DNA from: Prasinococcaceae sp. CCMP 1430
Lineage: Eukaryota > Plantae > Prasinodermophyta
Assembly: GCA_013416795.1 (NCBI GenBank)
Contig: RQSC01000027.1
Location: forward strand, 848,409-912,408
DNA length: 64,000 bases
Direction of reading: 5' to 3'
Shown here: positions 41,271-54,542 of the stretch, piece by piece
Layout of the letters: every line of letters starts with the position of its first letter
How positions within the stretch are numbered: position 1 is the first letter of the stretch
Program-made: the position numbers and the translations under genes
The notes under the pieces: model-generated
The model's database searches: none
Told to the model about the DNA's origin: nothing
What the model saw: the letters and a program-made list of their open reading frames with translations, nothing else

Positions 41271-42685
41271 CTAGCGTCGGGCGCGCACCGCGGCCTCGAG
41301 TTGAGGGAGCAGCTCCGTTCGGCCGTACGTGGCCTCGTTGTGTGCGTTGACGTCGAGCGGCGTGAGCTCGAGTCCAGCTCTGAGGACCCGCAGGGCCTTC
41401 ACATGGTCGCCTTCGTGGTAGAGGACCTGCGCGCACATGAGGGCAGATCAGAGTGCCGCGTCAGTACGTGTCCTGGCCCTACGTGCCGACACGCGCAGCA
41501 CCAGGCGGCGGGTGACGCGTCGCAGTACCTTCGCGAGCTCACACGCGTGCTCGAGCCGAGAGGGTTCAAGCGCCATGGCCTTCTCAAATGCCTTTCGTGC
41601 GTCGCTGGTGCTCGCGCCCGTGCACGCCCAAGCACCGCATGCAACCATGGCCGCGCGCTGCAAGACGCCGAGCTGATAGACCTCGAAGTGCCAGCGCCCT
41701 GCCAGCGCACGAGCATACGCGCAAGTAGCGGGCACACAGCCGCGCACACAGGAGTCAGCCTTCTGTTGGTGGTGGCGCACTACTGCTCTGCTACGCAATT
41801 GCTCTGGGCTCACCGACGAGGTGCCACGCAAATCCGGAAGACGAATCGGCGCCCACCGCTGCGTAGGCGTGCGTGTGCATCTGCTCACACAGGCGTATCT
41901 GCACGGTGGCACGCGCGCGCGCATGATGCGCGGGTCCGCTTGTCGTCAGCGCGCGTAAACACAAAGAATCCTTGGACGCAAAGCCACGCGCACGCTTCCA
42001 ACACGCGAGCCGCGTGCAGCTCGCGCTAGGCGACCGCGCCGTCGGGCTCGTGACTCACCTTGTCAAGCACGTTGTCAGCATACGTCGCCTGCCTACCCAG
42101 CACGGCGGCGAGGGCCACCTCAGCTTCGGCCAGAGTCGCATCGGCGGCGCTCACCGCGGAAGCCTCCTCAGAGCCGCCGCGGTGGCCACGAGCGTATCCA
42201 GCGACAGAGAGGATGCCCATGAGGCCGCTCTGTGCGCCTGCAGCTTTTGAGTGGCCCCCACTGTTGTGTCGCTCCCTCAAGGCTTCCGCATCGTTGCGCG
42301 CATGCTCAGCAAGGTCGAGCGCCTCTTGCGCGTTTGCCCGTCCCTCCGGCTCGAACTCCGCCAGCGGCGCGGGCCGCGCCCTCTCGCAGAAGATCTCGCC
42401 GATCGAGCGAGCGTAGGCGTTCCAAGACATGTCGCTCAGCTGCTTGGCCTGACGACAACGCGCCCTCACGGCGAGCCGCTCCAGCTCGCGCAGGCGCTCC
42501 CGCCCCTCCGCGCCTTTGCCGCCACCCACGCCCTCCGCGGCGCTCGTGGCGAGCGCCGCCGCTTCTGCAAACGCCGCGGCGGCAGCGCCGAGCCTCAGCT
42601 CGCGCTCGTGAGCCTCGCCGCGCGCGTAGGCCGCCCCCGCCGCCTCCGCTGCTCCCGCGTGGCGTTTTTGCGACGAGTCACCCAT
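41271..42685 (-). CDS. RMDN/FAM82 (regulator of microtubule dynamics)-like TPR protein, 4 exons: 42685-42059, 41898-41814, 41698-41529, 41426-41271 (345 aa)
   Basis: Three GT-AG introns splice in frame to give ...AWHLVGRWHFEVYQLGVLQRAAM...DARKAFEKAMALEPSRLEHACELAKVL, matching the RMDN HLxGRWxYxV..L...A...F.KA...P pattern. Confidence 0.68.
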
Positions 42686-43511
42686 GGACAGCCGCGGCGA
42701 CCGCGGCGCTCAGCGCGCCCGCGGGCGCAGTGTGGCGCACACTTTGTTCCCCTCCCCGCCCCCCCTCTTCCCCCCTCAGGCGCCTGCGTTGTGTCTGTAG
42801 CTATGCTGAAGTCGAAGACATCTCCCGCCTCGCAGGCCGGCGCCGCAGAGCTGCGCGGCACGCTCGCATCCATCGATCCCCACATCACATCTCACGCCCT
42901 CGCACTGTCAGACTGTTGCGTCCGTGCGGTAAGTACAGCATCGTCAGCACGCTTCTGATGATGGTTCTGATACCATGGCTATGGCGATGCCATGGCATGA
43001 CGACGGCGATGGCGATGGGATGGCACGTCCCTACCGCGCAGGCATCCGCAACAGCCCGGCGCCCCCGCCCCGCGCGCGCGCGCCCTCGGCCGCACGGCGC
43101 CAAACGTCAGGGGGTCGTACACGGCGCTGAAGTCGAAGTCCTCTGCGGGGGCTGTCGCCGGGTAGAGCCCCTGCGCCACCGCGANCTGCGCGCGCCGCTG
43201 TGCGCGCGCGCGTACAGGCGCGCGCGCCTTCTCACCCGAAACCGAAACGCGCGCCGCGGCCGCGGGCCTCGCGGAGGGCGCGGCGCATGAGGGCAGGACG
43301 GTGGGCGATGCGTGTGCCGTGTGCGCGCGTGTCCGAAGAACGAGATTGTGTTGTGGGTGGGCGGGGGGAAGAGGCGGAGCCGGGCGCTGCCACCCCGGGC
43401 TTGGCGCGCGCGGCGGCCCCTCGGCATTGTAGGAGAAAGTCAGCAACGCGCTATTCTAGCTGGCGAGAGGGAGACGCTGCAATGGTGTTGATGGGCGAAG
43501 TCGCGCGCTGA

Positions 43512-45136
<1,625 letters not shown>

Positions 45137-45426
45137 CTCACTCCAGAAGGCGCGTTGCCTTGTCCGAAATGGAAGAGTGGTAGTACAAGAGAGGAGCAGA
45201 CAAATAGTGTACACGCAAGCATCAGTCGCGAGGCGTTGCGGCACAGCGTGCGCGCCTGGCCGAGGCATGCAGACTGCGCGGCCGCCGTTTAAAAGATAAA
45301 GACAGAGGGCGCGAGCCCTACTATGGCGAACGCCAGTGTCATCAAGTTCGAGCGAGTATTACAGAGGCGTCCTTTCTCAGCAGCACGGGCTAGCTTGATA
45401 TTAGTTCAAAACTCAAAAAGGGGGCC

Positions 45427-47117
45427 TCACCAGCGCAAGACGCCGACGACAGCCGTGACGTTGTCAGTGCTACCGCACGCGATGGCACCGCGCACCAGCG
45501 CCCGCGCAGCCATCTGCGCCGCCCTCTCATCGACAGCTCTGTCGCAGCCTGCGCCGGTGCCGTCCGGCCCGATCGTTCCAGCCATCTTGCGGGCATTGAG
45601 CAGCTCGCGGATGGCGACGGCCGCCGCGGTCGCATCGCAGAGGACGTCGAAGAGGCCGTCCGAGGCAATCAGGATGATGGCGTCACCCCTGGCCTTGTCG
45701 AGGCGCACCCTGCGCACCTCCGGGTCCGCGGTGAGCAGCGGTAACGGGTGCTTGAAGTCCAGGTCGCCTAGCGTCCTGCTGCAGGCCACCGCGACGGGCA
45801 AGGAGGTGTGCCGCACGCGCCAGCAGCCAAGGTGCTCGACCGAGCCGCCCACGGCCTCCACGCGGGCCTTCTCGTTGGGCAGGTCGGGCTTGTGGTCCGT
45901 TGTGAGCCGCATCGCGCTGGCCTGGCCGCAGTTGCCATCGCCGTTTCCGGGAGGCAGCCGGACGAGCACCGCGCGGCAGTCGCCCGCGTTCGCGGTGTAC
46001 AGCCAGTCACCCCAGCGCAGCACAACCAGGGCAGTCGCGCCGTCGCGCGTTCCCATGGAGCTCGTCTCCTACGGTGCACCGAATCGAGGACGAGCACGAG
46101 AGCGCCCGGTAGTCACGCATCCGCAGCGAGGCGTCAGCAGGCGTAGGCGACGGGCTTCGGCACGCGCGGATGGCGCGGTCGCGGCGCAGGCGCACGCCGC
46201 GCGAGCGGCGCGCACGCACTCTCAGTATGTCTGCATCCAAACGCAGGAACGCTCGCCGCATCGCAACGGCGACAGAGTCGTTGACGGGGGTGCTGTGTGC
46301 CAGGAGCGGCATCTTCAGCTCGCCAGCCATGGTGACAGGCTCATCTGCACCCGGTGGCACCGGCCCCGGCTCCGTCCCGGCCAGGCCATCGTTTCCTATG
46401 AACATCTCATGCATGTGCTCAGCGGCGTACTCCGCGGCCCGCGTGCCGTTGTGGCCGTCGTACACGGCCATGTACGAGCGCTGCACGCCGTCGCAGCTCG
46501 TGCCGGCGCCCGCAACGACCTGGGCGTCTGTTTCGGAGTCGTCGATGACGAAGTGCGTGTCCACTGCGTGCCTGTCCTCCATGTACGGCCTGTGGCCCTG
46601 CTCGGCTGCACAGCCCACCACGATGTCAAAGGAGGGGTATCCGTGCCCGTCGGCGCACGGAGGAGTGGGAGGGCGCTCGAGGCGCACCCCCTGCAGAGGG
46701 TCGACGCACGCCTCCGACACCCCGCCAGTTTTCCCGGACGGCGGCGCCTCATCAGCCTCCTGAGGCTCGTCGACGCTGCGCCTTCTCACAGCGCGCTCCC
46801 TCGCGTCCCTGTCGGTGCCTACCGGGCGTCCGCGTTTCTGATGCGCCCCCTCCCCTGCCTGCAGCTCCTCACACGGCGGTTGCGGCGCGTCGCCTGCGGG
46901 CGCCGCCGCGGCAGCGCTGGGCTCGACCGCCACATCCAGCGTGCCCTCCCGCAACGCCTTTGCAATGCCGCCGACCGCGTCATCGCATACCAGGCCCTCT
47001 GTCGCCCCGTCCTCGCCTAAGCGGTACAGGAAGGACGGCGCGCGCCTCAGCGGGACGACCGGGGCCGAGCCTTCCGCGCCGCCTTCAGCGCCGCCGGCGG
47101 GCTCGCGCGCGGGCGAC
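45427..47117 (-). CDS. PP2C/PPM-family protein phosphatase; 5' end in gap; intron 46219-46069
   Basis: QGHRPYMEDRH, AVYDGHNG, DGATAL, ANAGDCRAVL, LTTDHKP, SRTLGD, IASDGLFDV, GSTDNVTAVV. Confidence 0.93.
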
Positions 47118-47240
47118 NNNNNNNNNNNNNNNNNNNNNNNNNNNNNNNNNNNNNNNNNNNNNNNNNNNNNNNNNNNNNNNNNNNNNNNNNNNNNNNNNNN
47201 NNNNNNNNNNNNNNNNNNNNNNNNNNNNNNNNNNNNNNNN
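47118..47240. other. Assembly gap (N-run)
   Basis: Run of N. Confidence 1.
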
Positions 47241-47647
47241 CGAGGCAGCGCCCTCTGCCGCCGCCACGCGCGCACATGCGCGCAGCGCCGGCGCAGGCGC
47301 GCGCGGATACGCATCCCTGCGTGGCGCGCGCGCGCATATCCCATATCCAGCGGATCCCCGCCGGGCCAGGGCGAAACACGGCGCACCCCACCCCCCATCC
47401 GGATTCGGATCCGCTTAGTTAATAAGGGCGGGACGCGAATGCGATTCGCAAAAACCCCGAAACCCTTTGGCCGACCTCCGGCGCCGGCCCCGGCCAGGCA
47501 AGCAAGGACTACGTATGACCGGGACCGCCTCGCCGGCTGGCGGGGGCAGGAACGAGAGACGGAAACTGACACGCGAAGAAGAAGCCGGGAGGTGCTCGGT
47601 CGGTCGGTCGGTGCCGTTGCGAAGCACCGTGCCAGGTTGACGTTCGT

Positions 47648-47780
47648 TCGATCGATCGATCGATCGATCAATCGAGCGCACAGTCTCCGCTCGTCGAGCT
47701 ACGGTTTCTGGGTCCGTTTCTGGGTCTGTTTCTGGGTCTGTTTCTGTTTCTGTTTCTGGATCTGGTTCTGGGTTTTCTCC
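47648..47780. repeat. (GATC)n microsatellite followed by GTTTCT(GGGTCT) 6/12-mer degenerate repeat
   Basis: TCGATCGATC... at 47648-47675; GTTTCTGGGTCY x3 then GTTTCT x3 at 47704-47757; lies between the PP2C and HERP-like genes. Confidence 0.85.
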
Positions 47781-48094
47781 AGCCCGGACCCGGTTTCGAG
47801 CGTTCCGCTCGCGGCGCGAGCCGGAAGCGCACAGCGGCGGTCACCGATGTCTTCGGGCTTCTCTGTGCGTTTGTGTGCTCGTGTGCGTGTAGATTCGAGG
47901 GCAGGGGGGGAGGGGGCGGCGCTGGCGCTGGCGCTGGCGGGCGCCACAGCGGCGCGCTGGCGGGCGGGGGCGGATGGGGGCCGCCGGCTCGGCGGCCGCC
48001 GGCTGGGCGCGTGCGGCGTTGGAGGGGCGCGCGGGTGGGTGCGTGGGTGGTCGCAGGCGAGAGAGGCGCGGGGGGCGCGGCGCCAGCGCAGGAG

Positions 48095-48481
48095 ATGGAG
48101 ACGCGTGGGGAAGGGGCGATGGGGCAGGGCGAGGCCGTGCAGCTGATATTCAAGAACCCCTCGAAGCCTGACGTGGATTTCTCTCTCGAGGCGCGCCTCG
48201 GGTGGGACGTCTTCAGGCTCAAGGAGGCCGTCGCCGAGCGCTACGAAGGCAACCCGCCCCCGCGCGAGCAAAAGCTCATCTACGCCGGGCGCGTGCTGCG
48301 CGACACGGCGGTGCTCGAGGACGTGCTCGGCCGCGCGAGCGCTGCGGAATCGGGGCCGCTGACGCTGCACCTCGTTGTCAAGCCCGGCGGCGCCAGCCAG
48401 CCCACCTCGCCAGCGCTGTCGCCTGCGGTGGTCCAACAGCCGGAGGTCCAACAGCAGCAGCACCGGGGTCGGGATCAAGAT

Positions 48482-48514
<33 letters not shown>

Positions 48515-49768
48515 GTCGAGGAGCGCGCGCGGGCAGCACAGCCCGCGCCGAGCCCGCCGACGTCGTTCTCCCCTGTGAGGACCGGGGCGTTCCCGGTGGA
48601 TGCGCCGCCTGCCCCCGCTCCCGCTCCAGCGGCCGTCGGAGGCTTCGATCCGGCGCTGCTGGCGGCGTATCCTGAAGGCCTCGCAGCGGCGCGGAACGCC
48701 CTACCAGGATGGACGCCACCGCCGGCAGCTGGCGCGGCAGGAGTGCCGGCCCCAGAGCTGCCGCGTGGATACATGCCCGTCCCCGTCTTCTTCCCCATGC
48801 CGGTGGTCACGCCTCAGATGGTGCAGGCGGCAGGCCTGCCTATGATGCCCGAGGCGTTCAACAACAGTGTGCCGTGGGCGTTCATGCGACGACCCGACGC
48901 GGGCGAAGCAGCAGCCGCGGGGATGCCGCACATGGGGATGGGCTACGCAGACGCGGGTGTGAGGGCAGCAGCAGCGGAAGGACACGCGGGCGCGGCTACG
49001 TGGCAGCAGGTGCAGCTGGATCGTCGAGGGCAGCAGCAGGACGGCGCTGGTGGTGGAGCTGGCTTCGGCGCTGGCGGCGGTGTGCGCGACGCTGGTGGTG
49101 CGGGCGGCAATGCGATACTCGAGCCGGCCGCTGGAGGCGCTGCCGCCGCCGCACCCGCCGCTGCCAACCAGGAGATCGTTCGTGTGATACGAATCGACGT
49201 CAGACTCATAATCAAGCTGATGCTCATTGTGATGGTGATGACGCAGGACGCGTCCGACCGCAAGTTCTACGGTCTCATGGTTGCGGCGATCGTTGTGTAC
49301 TTCCATCAGACGGGCTTACTCATGCCACTGTTGCGATGGCTTCGGCCCAGGCTTCGCGGACAGGGCAACGCTGATGCTGGTGCAGACAGAGGGGGACGCC
49401 GTCGCCGGATAGCGGGCGGACTACGTCCCATTGCAAGTGCCGAGGAGCTCGCCCAGCAGCCGGCGTTGTCTACCTTTGCGGAGGAGGCCGTGGTGCTCGC
49501 AGTGGGCTTGGTTACATCGATCTTTCCAGGCTTCCACGATGATCCCGCCGGTGCGTTGCGTTGCGGCGGGTGGCGCGAGCGCTCGTGCGTCGATGACGCG
49601 AGTGAGCGCCAAAATGCTACGAGGATTCTCGCGCCCACTACCACTGCTGCGCGAATCGCCGCCGCTGACACGCTGATCGACTGGCCCGCTCTCCGCATGC
49701 GCGTTGCAGTCGCCGCGGCGGCGAGGCTCGCAATGAACGACAACGAGCCAGCGCCTATGATGGGCTAA
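48095..49768 (+). CDS. HERP/HERPUD-like ubiquitin-like-domain ER membrane protein; probable in-frame intron 49551-49709
   Basis: UBL VQLIFKNPS...WDVFRLKEAVAERY..P....QKLIYAGRVLRD...LHLVVK. C-terminal TM region IDVRLIIKLMLIVMVMTQD...IVVYFHQTGLLMPLLRWL...GLVTSIFPGF. (CAG)10 polyQ at 48482-48511. Confidence 0.8.
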
Positions 49769-49794
49769 GCGAGTATTGTAAGACATATGTTATC

Positions 49795-52605
49795 TCAGAA
49801 GCCGCCGAGGTCGGCGAACGGATCTTTTTTGGCGGGGGGAGCCGCGGGCAGCGGTGCTCGCTTTGCCGACGGGTGCACCGGCAGCTGGCCCGCACCCTGC
49901 ACCTGCGGTGGCGTGCCGTACAGGGCGTCGAGGTTCACCTGCGGTCCTGCCGCTGGCGCGGGAGGTGCAGCCATGCCCGTGCCGATGTCCATCCCCGCAA
50001 ACTGGTCCATGACATTTGTGGACGGTGGCTGCGCTGACGGCGCCGCGGCGGGAGCCGTCGGTGCGTCGAGCTGCATCAGCAGGTCGATGCTCGAGGGCTG
50101 CGGCGCGGGCGCAGCGGGCGGCGGCGGAGCAGCAGCAGGCATCGGCGCAGCCGAGACAGCACGTCGCGCTGGGCCGCTGCCACCACCTCCACCAAAGAGG
50201 CTCTGTGCAAGTCGCTGCTTCGTCGGGTCGACCGGCTGCGACGGTGGCGGCTGTGAGTGGTAGGGCTGGGGAGGGGCAGGCGCAGCGGTTGGGGCCGCGG
50301 CGATGGGGTCCGCGTATGAAGGGCCTGGACCGACGTCCAAACTTGCGGCTGGCGAAGGCGTAGGCCGCGATTGGGGCGGTGCCGGCATCCCCCACTTGCC
50401 CTTCGTCCCCGCCAGGTTGAGCGTAGGCTCAGTCGGCGCGACCGCGACAGCAGGTGGCGGCTGCTCATGCGCCCCACCGCCTGCGATCGCCGCAAGGTCG
50501 TCAAGCCCGCCCGAGCTCACTTGCTCCTCCTGCGTGTAAGAATGGTCGGGCACGTACGCAGGCGCATCGTGACCCCCTGACATGGGTGGGAGCGCCTCCT
50601 GCGCGATCTCGTCAACGGGCGGAGAGTAAGGCTGCGCGCCGTTGGCGAGGGCGTCGGAAACAAAGGTGTTGAGGAAGCCGAGGCCCACATCGACGTCAAT
50701 ATCCTCGGCAGCCCCGTCGAGAGGGATCGCAGCAGCCCGTGCAGCTGGGCTGAGCTGGCGCAGCGCCTGGAGCTCGTAGGCGCGCTGCTGTGCGTCCGTG
50801 GACCGCGAGTTCAGGGCGGACTTCGCGAACGCTTCCGCAACGGGCGACAAGTTGTGTCCCTGCGACACCAACTTGGTCATTGCAGTGAGCGCAAGGGCCC
50901 GCGCCGCCTCGGCGTCTTCCTCGTGACGCTCCGGCACCCCGCACAGGAGCTCCATGACCTCTGCGGTGCCTCCAGACCACAGAGATCCGTATTCGCCGAG
51001 CGTCCAGCAGGCCACCTGCAGCGGCAGCGCGGTGAGTCGCTTGGCATTCCCACGCAGCATGGTGACGTACGCGGCGACGGCCGTCGTGCGCATGGCAGTG
51101 TCCGCAGCCTCGGTCTCCCCTGACCCCTCCGCGAGCAGTCGCATGAGGTTATGTGCCGCCGACTCGGGCACCAGGTCACCGCCGAGGTCGAAGACTTTGT
51201 TCAGCGTCTCGACATACCACTGGGCTGAGGGGGCATACCGCTCCGCGAGCTCGACGATACGCCGCACGATGTCCGCCCGCGCATGCATGTCGCCACTCGT
51301 GTTGCCGACGAAAGCCGTCATGTGCTCTACGATGGTCTCCACGTTGTCTGCGCTGGTCATCGCATGCAGCAGATGCAGCGTCTTGTGCACCAGCATCTCG
51401 TCTGAGTCGTGGAGGCAATCTATCACAGCCATCTGGTGCTCCGCGGCGTACTGCGGATCGACCCCGATCACGCAACTGAGGCCCTCGACGCCACAATACT
51501 TCACTGAGCGGTTCGGGTGGCGGATGAAGTGCCCGACGATCGCCATGCACTCCTTCAGCAGGGCAGTGTTGGGATAGATGCTGGCGCACGTCTTGACGCA
51601 CTCGTACGCGATCGCGTCGTTCGCGGCCACGTGAGCCTTGTCGTGCTTTTTCCCACCAGCGTTCCTCGCCGCAGCCAGGGCCTCGCTGCCGCCGGCGCGC
51701 GCGCGCGCGATCACTTCCGCGAGTGCGCTGTACATCTGCTCCGAGGTGGCCTGGTCGGACGCACCCAGCGCTGCGAGGACCTTCAGGATGCGCACCTGCA
51801 GAAACGGGGCCGGCACACGGTGGTACTCGTAGGACTTGGGAAGGCGCCGCTGCACTGTCTGGCGGAGAATGGAGATGAACGATGGCACCAGCGGCTTCAG
51901 CGGCGCCGGCTCGACCACAGCGAGCTCGTAGATAGCAGCCATCGACGCGATCATCACGCTCGGGTCGCGGTCGCACAGCCCAGCGCGCAGCGGCGAGCCA
52001 AGGGTCTCGGCCAGCTGCGGGTCGTCCTTGGCCATCACGTTCAGCGCCATGATCGCCTTCTTGCGCACTCTCGCCTCCTTGTGGCTGAGCAATGCCTGGA
52101 CCGCTGGCGTGAGCGCGCCCGCGGCGTCGGCACCGACGCGCAACGAGCAGAGTGCCGACAGCGCCGCGCACGCGACGCCAGGATCGTTGTCGCCTGCGGC
52201 CAGGTCACGCTGCAGCGTGTTCACGATCAGCATGAGCAGCTCGTGCCCCTCGGTGAGGAACAGGCTGGTGGCCAGGTAGCCCACGCGCTTGAGCATGGGG
52301 TTTGTGTCGCAGCACAGCTTCACCGCGTGGATATAGCCAAAGGATGCCTCGTGGCCGAGCATTTCGACGTACACGAGACGCATCATCACCTCCTTCATAA
52401 CCTTGCGAGGAGGCGGCGTCTTGGCACTGACGAGAATCGCGCGCAGCCGCTCGCGCTCGGCGCGCACGATTCGGTCTTCGTCGGCCTTGGACGTGCACTC
52501 CCCAACAGCCTTCACGAGGTCGAGGAACTCGCGAGACGACGCCCACTCGCCGCCCTTCCCCCCCGCTGTGGCGCTGTCGGCAGTGGACGCATTGTTCGGA
52601 GCCAT
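49795..52605 (-). CDS. AP4E1: AP-4 adaptor complex subunit epsilon, intronless, 936 aa
   Basis: EFLDLVKAVGECTSKADEDRIV, RLVYVEMLGHEASFGYIHAVKL, KRVGYLATSL, RLPKSYEYHRVPAPFLQVRILKVLA, followed by a Pro-rich hinge. Confidence 0.93.
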   Translation of the reverse strand: MAPNNASTADSATAGGKGGEWASSREFLDLVKAVGECTSKADEDRIVRAERERLRAILVSAKTPPPRKVMKEVMMRLVYVEMLGHEASFGYIHAVKLCCDTNPMLKRVGYLATSLFLTEGHELLMLIVNTLQRDLAAGDNDPGVACAALSALCSLRVGADAAGALTPAVQALLSHKEARVRKKAIMALNVMAKDDPQLAETLGSPLRAGLCDRDPSVMIASMAAIYELAVVEPAPLKPLVPSFISILRQTVQRRLPKSYEYHRVPAPFLQVRILKVLAALGASDQATSEQMYSALAEVIARARAGGSEALAAARNAGGKKHDKAHVAANDAIAYECVKTCASIYPNTALLKECMAIVGHFIRHPNRSVKYCGVEGLSCVIGVDPQYAAEHQMAVIDCLHDSDEMLVHKTLHLLHAMTSADNVETIVEHMTAFVGNTSGDMHARADIVRRIVELAERYAPSAQWYVETLNKVFDLGGDLVPESAAHNLMRLLAEGSGETEAADTAMRTTAVAAYVTMLRGNAKRLTALPLQVACWTLGEYGSLWSGGTAEVMELLCGVPERHEEDAEAARALALTAMTKLVSQGHNLSPVAEAFAKSALNSRSTDAQQRAYELQALRQLSPAARAAAIPLDGAAEDIDVDVGLGFLNTFVSDALANGAQPYSPPVDEIAQEALPPMSGGHDAPAYVPDHSYTQEEQVSSGGLDDLAAIAGGGAHEQPPPAVAVAPTEPTLNLAGTKGKWGMPAPPQSRPTPSPAASLDVGPGPSYADPIAAAPTAAPAPPQPYHSQPPPSQPVDPTKQRLAQSLFGGGGGSGPARRAVSAAPMPAAAPPPPAAPAPQPSSIDLLMQLDAPTAPAAAPSAQPPSTNVMDQFAGMDIGTGMAAPPAPAAGPQVNLDALYGTPPQVQGAGQLPVHPSAKRAPLPAAPPAKKDPFADLGGF

Positions 52606-53627
52606 AGCGCTCTCACAGGCTCACCGCTCGCGAGGGGAAACCCTCACGCGCGCGTCCCAAGCGTGACGGCTTGCGCGTCGCCTGGTTTCTACCCCGACTG
52701 CGCCGCCCCGCTCGACGCCAGCCAGCCCTCACTGACACCTCTCCCCGCCCTCGCGCCACCTTCCAGCGCCCCCGCGCCCCCTGTCGCGCCCAAAGATCTC
52801 CTTCGCGCGCGGCACGCGGCGGCCCGCCGCGCGCCGCCGCAGAACGGATTCGAAAGCGCTCGGCGCGCCGAGCAGCGCGGCGGCCCGGGCGGGGGCTGCG
52901 GCAAGGGGACGCGCTTCTGCTGCGCATCCGGCGTGCTCTACGCCGCGCGAGCATGGCCGAGCCCGCACCGGCGTCGCCGCCGGCACGCCATCCCCTCCAC
53001 CCAGCCCCTCACCACCCACGCAACGCCTTCACCACCCCCCCCCGTCCCCTCCCCTCACTCTCGCGCCGGCGCATTCAAAAAACAAAAAGCCGCCGCGCGC
53101 GGTCGTGCGAGGGCGCGGGCGCGCGCCCGCGCCCGTGCCGTGCCCGACGTGTACATGAAGAACCAGGAGCTCGAGGACGCCGCGCGCGCGCGCGCAGTGG
53201 CCGGGCCGCGGCGCGCTGCACAGCTGCACGCTGCGCGTGCGTGTGCTCGCCAGCGCAAAAAACAACTTTGAGAGCGCCGAGTGCTGTTCGCGCGCGCGCT
53301 GGAATCCAACGCACCCTCGCCACGGAACCTCTTCGAGGTAAGTACATTACATTTGAATTAGGTCGATGGATTCCTTTTTTGGAATGTCTTGTGTGGGTGC
53401 AGTATCCAGTCGGTGTGGTCGAAGGACTGGCGGGGCGCCGCGGGCGGAGGCCACACGCCGCGCGCGGCCGGCGCCCGTCCAAGTCGCCGACCAAGTCGCC
53501 GACGCGCCGCCGCCCCGCGGGGATAGGCGCTTGCACGCGCGTGCGCGATCGGTCGTCGCTGCGAGTGTGCGCGCGGGCCGAGGCGCTGACGCCCTCGCCG
53601 CGCTATTGCGCGCCTCGGTGCATGCAG

Positions 53628-54494
53628 CGCGAGCAGGAAGAGGATGAGGAAGACGATGTGTGGGCCGACGAGGCGGTGGCCGCTGTGTTCGCCGAGGAGG
53701 CCGACGACGAGGGCTATGAGACGGAAAAGTCCGAGGAGGACCTGGCGGACAGCGACTTCTGGGACTCGGAGAGCGAAGACGACGGCGAGGGCGCCGACGG
53801 AGGAGCGGACGACGACGAACCTCGGAAAAAGAAGAAGGCCATGCGCCCGCCGGGCGCTGGCACGGCGGCGAGGAGGCAGCAGATGGCGGCGCAGCGGGGG
53901 CACGGGTCTGGCGCGGAGGCGGGACCGAGCAAACCGCGTGCGCCGCGAGCACCCACCCCCAAAGTGAAAACGGGCGAGGAGCGTCGCTCGCGGCGAGCGT
54001 TGGCCGTCGCAGCGACCGCCGCGCGCGCCGCCGCGGTCGCCGAGGCTGAGGCCAACGCACGGGCTGCCATGCTGAAGCGCAAGAAGCGAAAGAAGGAACC
54101 AGAGGTGGTGCTCACGCAGGCAGACCTGCTCGCAGAAGCAGCTGTGACGGAGGTGTACAATCGCCGCCTGCTGAGCGAGCTCATGCAGCGCGAGGAGGAG
54201 ACCAAGCGCAAGGCTGTCAAGCAAAAAGTGGTGTACACGGGGCCGATGGTGCGCACCGTGGACAGCGCGCGCACCGGGGAGGACGGCAAGCGAGCGGAGC
54301 GGCGCACGGTGGAGTTCAGCGGCGTGGACCGTGTACCTTGCGCTATCAACTCGAAGGCGCCACCGCCGCCGCGGGTTGCGCGCTGCGTGGTCTCAGGAAA
54401 GCCAGCGAGGTACTTCGACCCGAAGACCCAACAGCCGTACCACGGCATCGAGGAGTTCAAGGTTTTGCGAGCGACTGCGGCGGCGCAGCGGTAG
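53628..54494 (+). CDS. VPS72: Vps72/YL1/SWC2 (SWR1 complex subunit); upstream exon(s) unresolved
   Basis: Acidic N-terminal part WADE..FAEEADDEGY...DSDFWDSE, LTQADLLAEAAVTEVYNRRLL, and YL1_C motif CVVSGKPARYFDPKTQQPYHGIEEFKVLR. CAG acceptor at 53627 with GCTGAC upstream. Confidence 0.88.
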   Translation, partial: REQEEDEEDDVWADEAVAAVFAEEADDEGYETEKSEEDLADSDFWDSESEDDGEGADGGADDDEPRKKKKAMRPPGAGTAARRQQMAAQRGHGSGAEAGPSKPRAPRAPTPKVKTGEERRSRRALAVAATAARAAAVAEAEANARAAMLKRKKRKKEPEVVLTQADLLAEAAVTEVYNRRLLSELMQREEETKRKAVKQKVVYTGPMVRTVDSARTGEDGKRAERRTVEFSGVDRVPCAINSKAPPPPRVARCVVSGKPARYFDPKTQQPYHGIEEFKVLRATAAAQR

Positions 54495-54542
54495 CGCCAC
54501 AGGTGTGTCCTCATGCGTGATAATAACTCACTCACTGGTCTC

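Noticed and set aside
47648-47780. Short repeat arrays (also 18526-18810 and 22875-22902) as CRISPR
   Set aside because: No unique spacers of constant length, no cas genes, and a eukaryotic context
53140-53200. Minus-strand peptide SWFFMYTSGTA resembling an AMP-binding motif
   Set aside because: Isolated 10-residue match in a short ORF with no other adenylation-domain sequence
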